A stretch of DNA of 64,000 nt, taken from positions 372,001-436,000 of the forward strand of contig JAANOX010000034.1 in NCBI GenBank assembly GCA_020184695.1, written 5' to 3'. Position numbers and translations under genes: made by a program. The notes beneath the pieces are model-generated. The model searched no databases. It saw only the letters and a program-made list of their open reading frames with translations, and was not told the origin of the DNA. This stretch comes from Histomonas meleagridis 2922-C6/04-290x (Eukaryota; Protista; Parabasalia). This document shows, in pieces, positions 56,591 through 64,000 of the stretch (position 1 is its first letter; every line of letters begins with the position of its first letter).

Positions 56591-59500
56591 TCAATGGAAT
56601 CCAAGATTTCCGAAACCAAACTGAGCCATCAACGGTATATTTTGGGCAGGTGGTTGATATCTCTTTAATTGTCTATTTTGAGGTCTTAATTTAGGCAATG
56701 GGAAATTATCCGTTGGTCTTGAATTCGTCAAATATCTTTCAACAGGTTGTTCATTAATTGTTGGAGGAGGAGGAGGAAGATTCACTTTGGAAGGAGGAGG
56801 TGGCAAATTCGAAGGTGGAGGTGGGATATTCACTTTATTTGCAAATTTAGGAGGTGGAGGGATATTAATATTTGAAGAAGCATTCTTAGTTACACTTACA
56901 GGAGGTGGCGGAATATTAATTTTAGACTTAATAGGTGGAGGAGGAATATTCAAATTACCATTTTTAATAGGTGGTGGAGGAATATTTAGATTACCACCTT
57001 TAATTGGAGGAGGAGGAGGAATATTTATATTATTATTTTTAACTGTTGAAGGTGGAGGAGGCTTTTGATTTAATAACTTATTAAAGATTGATGATTGTGG
57101 TGGAGGTATATCACCATGATGTTGATTCTTATTATCTGTTGGCATTGGCGGAAATTGCATATTATCATCAATTGGTGGAGGTGGAAGATCTATATCAAAT
57201 GTACTTGGCCTAAGTGTACTATCGATATTTATAGACATTGGTGGAGGTGGAGGTAATTCACTTGATTGTTGATCGAATTTAGGCAAATCTGCTAATGAAA
57301 ACTTAGGTGCGATATTACCTTTTTGTTTGTTTGATTTCTTATTACCATTAAATCCATCAAATGATAATCCTGTAGAATTAGGTACATATTCATCATCTTT
57401 ATCAATAGATTGGATCTCATTAGTCATAATCGCTGGTGGTGGTGGTAAATCGATTTTTTCACCTATTGGTAAATCGCCACTACTCATCATAATTGGTGGC
57501 GGAGGTAAATCGCCACTACTCATCATCATTGGTGGTGGTGGTAAATCGCCACTACTCATCATAATTGGTGGTGGTGGTAAATCCATTCGACCATCTGAAG
57601 GAGGTGGAGGAGGTAAATCATTATTCATTCCCATTGGTGGTGGTGGTAATTCTATTCGTCCTTCTGATGGTGGTGGTAAAGGTAAATCATTATTTACCAT
57701 TTTAGGTGGCGGAGGTAAATCGATTTTATTTTGTGATGGCGGTAATGGTAAATCATTATTAGTCATTGTTGGCGGTGGTGGTAAATCGATTTTATTTTGA
57801 GTTGGAGGTAGTGGTAAATCATTATTTAACATTGTAGGCGGAGGCGGTAAAATACTCATATTACCTTGTGTAGGTATTGGCGGTAAATCATTAATTTCAA
57901 TTGGTGGTGGAATAGGTGATGATGAACGTTGTACTGTTTCTTCTGGTTCACTCGCAATTATCGATGGAGGTGGTAAATTAAAGTTCATTCCTGGTGGCGG
58001 TGGTAAGTCATTAATACTATTCCGACTTTGAGGAGTTGGCAAATCAATGCCTGCTTGTGGCGGAGGTGGTAAATCAAAGTTCATTCCGGGTGGCGGCGGT
58101 AAGTCACTAATGCCACTCCTATTCGGTGGTGGTGGTAAGTCACTAATTGCTGTTTGAGGTGGCGGTGGTAAATCTAAGCTCATCATTGTAGGAGGTGGTG
58201 GTAAATCGTCGATACTACTTCCTCTGATTGGTGGAGGCGGTAAATCACTGCTACCGCTGCCTCTAATTGGAGGTGGCGGAGGTAGATCTTTAATACTGCT
58301 GCCTCTGGTTGGCGGAGGAGGCAAATCCAAATTCATCATTCCGGGTGGTGGTGGTAAATCACTGATACTACTTCCTCTACTTTGTGGTGGTGGAGGCAAA
58401 TCACTAATACCTGTTTTAGGAGGTGGTGGTAAATCCAAATTCATCATTTTCGGTGGTGGCGGTAAATCACTAATGCTATTGCCTCTACTTGGTGGCGGTG
58501 GTAAATCTAAGTTCATCATTCCAGGTGGCGGTGGTAAATCGCTGATGCTACTTCCTCTACTTGGTGGAGGAGGAGGCAAATTACCAATACCTGTTTGAGG
58601 AGGCGGTGGTAAATCTAAATTCATCATTTTCGGTGGTGGTGGCAAATCATTAATACCTGTTTGAGGAGGCGGTGGTAAGTCTAAGTTCATTTTTCCAGGT
58701 GGAGGCGGTAAATCACTTATATTACTTCCTCTGCTTGGTGGCGGAGGTAAGTCTAAGTTCATTTTTCCAGGCGGTGGCGGTAAATCATGAATACCTGTTT
58801 GAGGCGGCGGTGGTAAGTCTAAGTTCATTTTTCCAGGTGGAGGCGGTAAATCACTTATATTACTTCCTCTGCTTGGTGGCGGAGGTAAGTCTAAGTTCAT
58901 TTTTCCAGGCGGTGGCGGTAAATCATGAATACCTGTTTGAGGCGGCGGTGGTAAGTCTAAGTTCATTTTTCCAGGTGGAGGCGGTAAATCACTTATATTA
59001 CTTCCTCTGCTTGGTGGCGGAGGTAAGTCGATACCTGTTTGAGGTGGCGGCGGCAAGTCCAAGTTCATCATTCCAGGAGGCGGTGGCAAATTGTTAATTC
59101 CATTCGGAGCAGGAGGCAAATCCAAACTCATGCCAGGTACAGATGGTAAATCACCAAATTCAATTGGTGACTTAGGAACATTTCTATTCGAGAATTGATT
59201 TTGTTGCATATTTTTATGATCGAACGAAGCAGTTTTTCTTCTATTGTCATCATCATTCATTTGATTAGTTTCATTTTGTAATGAAGTTCTTTTTGGTGGT
59301 GGTGGGGGAGTTACCAAAGGGGGTGGTAATATACCTGGGCGAGCAATTTGTTGTTGTTGCTGTTGCTGTTGTTGTTGAGGTGAAGAAGGCGGTGAATTCA
59401 TTGGTCTGTTATTTCTATTTTTAGCAAGTTCGGGATATAATTGTTCGACTAGTTCAGAAGGTAATTTCGACACATTATTTTCAGGTTTATATTCGCCATG

Positions 59501-61591
59501 AGTTCTTGTGTCATCTCTATGTGACACATCGACATATATATATTTTGGCTGAGGCGGTAATGAATTATTTTGTATATTAGTGGTTTGAGGTGGCGGCGGC
59601 GGTAAATTCACTGGTCGATTCGCATTATAATTCAAACCACTTTTGCCCACTTTTTCTACAGTCGCAGCTGCTAAAGGAATTTCACCATTTTCATCAGCGA
59701 AAACAGTTGACTTGAATGGCGGCTTAATGTTTTTGTTACCTTTAATTACTATATCATATGCCTCTTTTAAGTCCTTCATATCATTAGGGTCTATTCTACC
59801 TAATGCCTTAATAGTACTTTCAGGCCAATCAATTTGTAACTTAATACCTCTATCTACTAATGATTGGAAGAAGTACAAAATCGATTTAATACTTTCAGCG
59901 CCTAAGAAGTTATAATTTAAAGTAGTAATACGTCGATTAGCTAACAACACTTCGCCCATATCTCTAATGATTTCATCATCAAAACGTTGTCCTTTAAATG
60001 ATACTGTTACCAATGAATAATTACGTTTTAATGAACTGATAATTGATTTAGCATCGGCACTTTTAATTACATAATCATCGTCTTCATCGATAATTAATTC
60101 CCTTAATTTCGTTGCTTTCTCGATGAAGTTTGTGAGTCGTGGAATTATACGTCGATCATCTTTCAAACATTCATTAAATATCACTGTATTTAACGCAGGT
60201 AAACTATTCAACCAAAAGAATAAACGTTGATCAAGTGGATTATCTGTCCAATTAAATGAACTTAGACATGTATTAACTTGTTTCGATAATCCTTCGAAGA
60301 ACTTATTCCATGTACCCGTATGAAAACTTGCATTAGCTATCGAAATTGAATACCCGGTACCGGCTGGCTCATGTCCAATTAAAGCTTTGAATATTTCCAA
60401 AAAGATTTCAAATTGCCAATCAACTTCATCTAACTTTATATTAGAAAGTGACGCCGGTAGTGATTGAAAGTGAGTGAATTTGATTTTGCCAGAGTTGAAC
60501 GATAGATCGATGCTTTCAATTTTGTTTACGTGAAAAGTGACAAGCGCCTCTAATACTTGTGATACTTCTAAGTCACAACTTTTAAGTTTTAGATGACGGA
60601 TTTTACCAATTAATGGGAATAGCTTCTCAACATCAATGCCATCTGTCGATGTTAAGTCTAATGATTGAATGTCTTTGAATCGACTATTTGTATCTAATTT
60701 GTTGAAAAATTGACGGCAATAATCACCTTTAAGACAACGCTTTAATTGAAGAGTATGAAGTGTTTGTACAGAAAGAATTTGGACAATGGAATTGATTGTG
60801 TTTTCATCAATTTTGAAATCGCGTATTTTAAGTGAATCAATTGGCGATGGTGGTTCTCTTGAAAAGGCAGCAGCTATTGACGAAGTATCGCCTTTAATTG
60901 GCGCTGCGAAAATCAATTCTGTGAACGTTGTATTTAATCTGATCAAATTTGCTAATGAACTTGCAATTGCATTTGTAGTTTCGACGTCGATAATAAGAAC
61001 TTTGATCGAAGGTGCAACGGAAACTGCGTTTAAGAGAAGATCTAAGTAAGGCAGAAAAGATTTGAAATAAGATGCGATAAATGCTTTCGGCGATTTGGCA
61101 AAGTATTCATGAAGAAGATCGATGTCATTATGCGAAATGACTTGAAGATCATTGAACTTTTTTGCTAAGAATCGAAGGCCTGGGCTTAGTTGAACATTTG
61201 GATTTTCTTTGTTCGGGAAATCAAAGTCTGGTAACTCATTTACCTTGAGAAATGTGCATAGATGTCTTCGTAGCGCATTACCTATTTCATCTACATCGCA
61301 TTTTGTGAGAGAAAATTTTTCATCATCACATTTGAAATCTAAACTTTTCTTCGGTATAAGAGTAAGCCCTCGGATCGAAAAGTAATTCATCCGCTTGTTG
61401 AGTTCGTATTTCTTTCCGAGCTTTGCTTTCGCATAAAAAGAAAAAGAGACTTCTGTCATAAGAAATATTCGTTTGCTTTTGTGCTTTTTATGCCCAATTT
61501 TCGTGACTTTGCAGCACGCAATGGGCTTCTCGATGTAAAAGTCGATGTTGTCTTTGAATTGGGAAAGCAATGCTTTGTCTACCAGAGACAT
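56591..61591 (-). CDS. CARMIL-like PH+LRR protein with an extended DLPPPP repeat tail, 1666 aa
   Basis: N-terminal PH-like KIGHKKHKSKRIFLMT, ribonuclease-inhibitor-type LRRs, poly-Q, then >35 DLPPPP units (hand count). Confidence 0.8.
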   Translation of the reverse strand: MSLVDKALLSQFKDNIDFYIEKPIACCKVTKIGHKKHKSKRIFLMTEVSFSFYAKAKLGKKYELNKRMNYFSIRGLTLIPKKSLDFKCDDEKFSLTKCDVDEIGNALRRHLCTFLKVNELPDFDFPNKENPNVQLSPGLRFLAKKFNDLQVISHNDIDLLHEYFAKSPKAFIASYFKSFLPYLDLLLNAVSVAPSIKVLIIDVETTNAIASSLANLIRLNTTFTELIFAAPIKGDTSSIAAAFSREPPSPIDSLKIRDFKIDENTINSIVQILSVQTLHTLQLKRCLKGDYCRQFFNKLDTNSRFKDIQSLDLTSTDGIDVEKLFPLIGKIRHLKLKSCDLEVSQVLEALVTFHVNKIESIDLSFNSGKIKFTHFQSLPASLSNIKLDEVDWQFEIFLEIFKALIGHEPAGTGYSISIANASFHTGTWNKFFEGLSKQVNTCLSSFNWTDNPLDQRLFFWLNSLPALNTVIFNECLKDDRRIIPRLTNFIEKATKLRELIIDEDDDYVIKSADAKSIISSLKRNYSLVTVSFKGQRFDDEIIRDMGEVLLANRRITTLNYNFLGAESIKSILYFFQSLVDRGIKLQIDWPESTIKALGRIDPNDMKDLKEAYDIVIKGNKNIKPPFKSTVFADENGEIPLAAATVEKVGKSGLNYNANRPVNLPPPPPQTTNIQNNSLPPQPKYIYVDVSHRDDTRTHGEYKPENNVSKLPSELVEQLYPELAKNRNNRPMNSPPSSPQQQQQQQQQQIARPGILPPPLVTPPPPPKRTSLQNETNQMNDDDNRRKTASFDHKNMQQNQFSNRNVPKSPIEFGDLPSVPGMSLDLPPAPNGINNLPPPPGMMNLDLPPPPQTGIDLPPPPSRGSNISDLPPPPGKMNLDLPPPPQTGIHDLPPPPGKMNLDLPPPPSRGSNISDLPPPPGKMNLDLPPPPQTGIHDLPPPPGKMNLDLPPPPSRGSNISDLPPPPGKMNLDLPPPPQTGINDLPPPPKMMNLDLPPPPQTGIGNLPPPPPSRGSSISDLPPPPGMMNLDLPPPPSRGNSISDLPPPPKMMNLDLPPPPKTGISDLPPPPQSRGSSISDLPPPPGMMNLDLPPPPTRGSSIKDLPPPPPIRGSGSSDLPPPPIRGSSIDDLPPPPTMMSLDLPPPPQTAISDLPPPPNRSGISDLPPPPGMNFDLPPPPQAGIDLPTPQSRNSINDLPPPPGMNFNLPPPSIIASEPEETVQRSSSPIPPPIEINDLPPIPTQGNMSILPPPPTMLNNDLPLPPTQNKIDLPPPPTMTNNDLPLPPSQNKIDLPPPPKMVNNDLPLPPPSEGRIELPPPPMGMNNDLPPPPPSDGRMDLPPPPIMMSSGDLPPPPMMMSSGDLPPPPIMMSSGDLPIGEKIDLPPPPAIMTNEIQSIDKDDEYVPNSTGLSFDGFNGNKKSNKQKGNIAPKFSLADLPKFDQQSSELPPPPPMSINIDSTLRPSTFDIDLPPPPIDDNMQFPPMPTDNKNQHHGDIPPPQSSIFNKLLNQKPPPPSTVKNNNINIPPPPPIKGGNLNIPPPPIKNGNLNIPPPPIKSKINIPPPPVSVTKNASSNINIPPPPKFANKVNIPPPPSNLPPPPSKVNLPPPPPTINEQPVERYLTNSRPTDNFPLPKLRPQNRQLKRYQPPAQNIPLMAQFGFGNLGFH
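58668..59029. repeat. Perfect 138-bp (46-codon) tandem repeat, about 2.6 copies
   Basis: Identical blocks start at 58681, 58819 and 58957; no mismatch seen between 58668 and 59029. Confidence 0.9.
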
Positions 61592-62132
61592 TTCTCAATG
61601 ATGATAACCGTTTGGGGCGGTTTTTGAACAGAAAAACTTTTGTTTTGATGCGAACAGAGTTCCTCAATCTGAGAGTTGCAGATTCTGGGATAAGGAATTT
61701 GATGTTATCGAATTTGATTTTATTTTATGTATAACTTATGTGGATTTGGATGCGCTTTGAGTCGGCGATGAATTGTGTTATTGTTCGGATGATTTGTGTT
61801 GCGCTGTCTGTGGTGTATTGATGGATTTTCCGGAGATTTTCATTTGAATGCGGCTGTTTGAAATTATTTTAATTTTTGAGAAATTGGAGAAGAGAATTGA
61901 TTGAATATGTATCGGTTTTTTCTGGATATCAAAATTTCACAAAAAAGTGATTCACATTTGAATAAAATTTTCATCTGAAGTCATTTTATACATTCGAGTA
62001 AATCAAATTCATGTTAAATCAGAATGCTTAAATGCATTTGTTTCCTTAAATATAAATTGTAAGCGATAAGTTATGTCGCTTTCGCTTATGATTATATTTT
62101 ATAATAATATTTGGAATTTATGTAGATTATTT

Positions 62133-62395
62133 CAAGCAGCACTTATAAAAGCATCTGAAAGAGTTCATATAGATGTGGTTATTTTACTTTAAGAACGAGA
62201 AAAAACTGATATTAATGTTAGAGATATTTATTGGTTTCATCTGAAATTTATTTCAGTAATTTGATATTTTAGAACAATATTTGATAATTATTTGATATAT
62301 GTCAAACCTCACTTATAAGTGCATTAGAAAAAGATATTTCTGATTTAGTTAAATAGATAAATGAGAAAAAGGAGATTAATAAACAATGTACTTAA
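62133..62395 (+). pseudogene. Degenerate two-module ankyrin array with a 77-nt spacer
   Basis: Module 62133-62225 (QAALIKASERVHIDVVILL*EREKTDINVRD), spacer 62226-62302, module from 62303 (QTSLISALEK...). Confidence 0.7.
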
Positions 62396-62679
62396 ATGTG
62401 AATAAATATTCAAAAATACAATTAAACAAAATTTTATTAATGTATACATATTTTTTAATAATAATAAATGTTTATATAAGTGATAAAAAAACAGACATGA
62501 ATAATATTATTTGTTATTTTTGATTTAGTGAATAAAACAGGGTTAGAAAATGTATTCGAATAAATGTAACATTTATTTCTTAAAATATCATAAATATTGA
62601 CATTTAATAACGCAAATATTTACACATCAATTAGTTTTTAATCTAAAATTAAACAAATCCATTTTTATTATACTATATT

Positions 62680-64000
62680 TTACACTCTCGAAAGCAAAGC
62701 TTTTTCGGATACATACAAATTTTCATTATATCGAAGTCTTCTTACAACGACAAGAATCACCACTATTATAATAATAAGGGCGACAGCGCCGAAAGTTATT
62801 GCCACAATCAAAATTTTCTTATTATTTTTTCCATTATCAGTAATCACGTTGTTATCTGGGCATCCATTAATTATTTTACCTTTTGTTACATTTATACCAC
62901 AAAATGTGTTCGAAACATAAACATTTCGAACCATTACATTCGAAACATTTGTATACTCGAACAAAGAAACATTAAAATTCGGCTCATTTATACCATAAAA
63001 ATAAACACATTTTAAGTTATCACATTTATAAAACGAATATTTTTCGATTTTAATTACATTTCTTCCAATAACAATTGACATTAAATTAGATGAAAAAGAA
63101 AATGAAAATTCGGAAATTATATTAACAGAATCCGAAATTTCATAAATTTCATTTTTATTTGCTGATGGATAACGAATAATTTTCGAAAAGTTTTTATTGT
63201 AAAGAACTCCGTCTTCATTATAATTGGAAAAATATAAATTATTTTCGGAAACTGAAATATAACTTAAATTATAACAATAATCAAAAACAGAGTTTCCAAT
63301 GAATCGAACTGTTGTTGGTATTGTAATGTTCAACAAATTTTCGCAATAACAAAAAACATAATTTTCAATAATTTCAACATTTTCTCCAATGATAACTTCT
63401 GTTAAAGCTGTACATCTATAAAATGAATATGAACCAATGACATTAACTGAATTTGGAATTAAAATTTTACGTAATTTCGAACATGTACTAAATGTTTCTA
63501 ATTCAATAATTGAAATTGAATTTGATAATTTAACATCTGTTAATTGCTTACATTTATAAAATGATGAATTTCCTATAGAGAGAACTGAGTTTGGGATGAT
63601 TATTTCCTTTAATAAAAGACAACTTTGAAATGAACGATCAGAAATAGATTGGAGACCGTTATTTAATTCCACTTTTTGTAAGTTTTTACACTCTCTGAAA
63701 GCTGAAGATTCAATGGATTTGACTGAATTTGGAAGTTTTATCTCTGAAATGTTTGATGACGAAAAACAAAATGAATTTACACTCGAAATTTTGCTGTCTT
63801 TAAAGATAATTGTTGTTAAATGTTTGCAATGTGAAAAGACACTAGACCCTATGAATGTTACGGAGCTTGGAATTATGATTTGTGTTAATTCATTACAATA
63901 TGTAAATGATTTGTCGCCTATTGTTTGAAGATTTTCACTTAAAACTACCGTTTCAAGTAAAAGACAAAAAGAAAAACATTCAGAACCAAGTGAAGTAACT
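62680..64000 (-). CDS. BspA-like (TpLRR) surface protein, 5' end outside the window
   Basis: Frame is stop-free from the window end to 62680 by manual translation; IPNSVxxIGxxxFxxCxxL repeats, FYGINEP cap, TM helix, tail ending in EKALL (dileucine-like). Confidence 0.9.
   Translation of the reverse strand, partial: VTSLGSECFSFCLLLETVVLSENLQTIGDKSFTYCNELTQIIIPSSVTFIGSSVFSHCKHLTTIIFKDSKISSVNSFCFSSSNISEIKLPNSVKSIESSAFRECKNLQKVELNNGLQSISDRSFQSCLLLKEIIIPNSVLSIGNSSFYKCKQLTDVKLSNSISIIELETFSTCSKLRKILIPNSVNVIGSYSFYRCTALTEVIIGENVEIIENYVFCYCENLLNITIPTTVRFIGNSVFDYCYNLSYISVSENNLYFSNYNEDGVLYNKNFSKIIRYPSANKNEIYEISDSVNIISEFSFSFSSNLMSIVIGRNVIKIEKYSFYKCDNLKCVYFYGINEPNFNVSLFEYTNVSNVMVRNVYVSNTFCGINVTKGKIINGCPDNNVITDNGKNNKKILIVAITFGAVALIIIIVVILVVVRRLRYNENLYVSEKALLSRV

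Noticed and set aside
56787-59097. Gly-rich and repetitive + strand ORFs
   Set aside because: They are antisense shadows of the polyproline codons of the CARMIL-like gene.
1-64000. CRISPR arrays, rRNA genes, prophage or bacterial contamination
   Set aside because: No repeat-spacer array with unique spacers and no rRNA signatures; the bacterial-like genes are embedded among eukaryotic genes.

Overview
AT-rich, gene-dense eukaryotic DNA from a parabasalid protist, most likely a Tritrichomonas species (inference from BspA LRR surface genes, DUF3447/ankyrin families, bacterial-type rubrerythrin, an ML...RF hydrogenosomal leader and a 25-nt GT...CTAAC...AG intron). It holds about 27 intact or window-truncated protein genes (DENN, SPC25, HELQ-like helicase, a 2017-aa pseudo-HECT-like protein, rubrerythrin, Sec24, AP-1 mu, TMEM18, NC2-beta, CDK8-like kinase, Hsp70, Nudix, RPL8, FlK-type thioesterase, RanBP1-like, GRAM, PAP2, CIA1, NOT3/5, CARMIL-like, BspA) and one tRNA-Lys(CTT). 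A transposon cluster at about 20.8-26.7 kb contains a young DD34D mariner nested in a decayed P-element-like transposase, beside a second P-like copy. Several gene relics are present. The most unusual signal: at three separate loci, ankyrin modules of 93 nt (one 92 nt) are split in the beta-hairpin loop by a homologous AT-rich spacer (77, 77, 77, 65 and 60 nt) that has no GT-AG or branch-point signal but shows hairpin potential. It may be a non-canonical intron, a recoding element or a cassette system; the local copies are degenerate, so a dead amplified repeat is not excluded. All calls come from manual reading and motif recognition; no searches were run.
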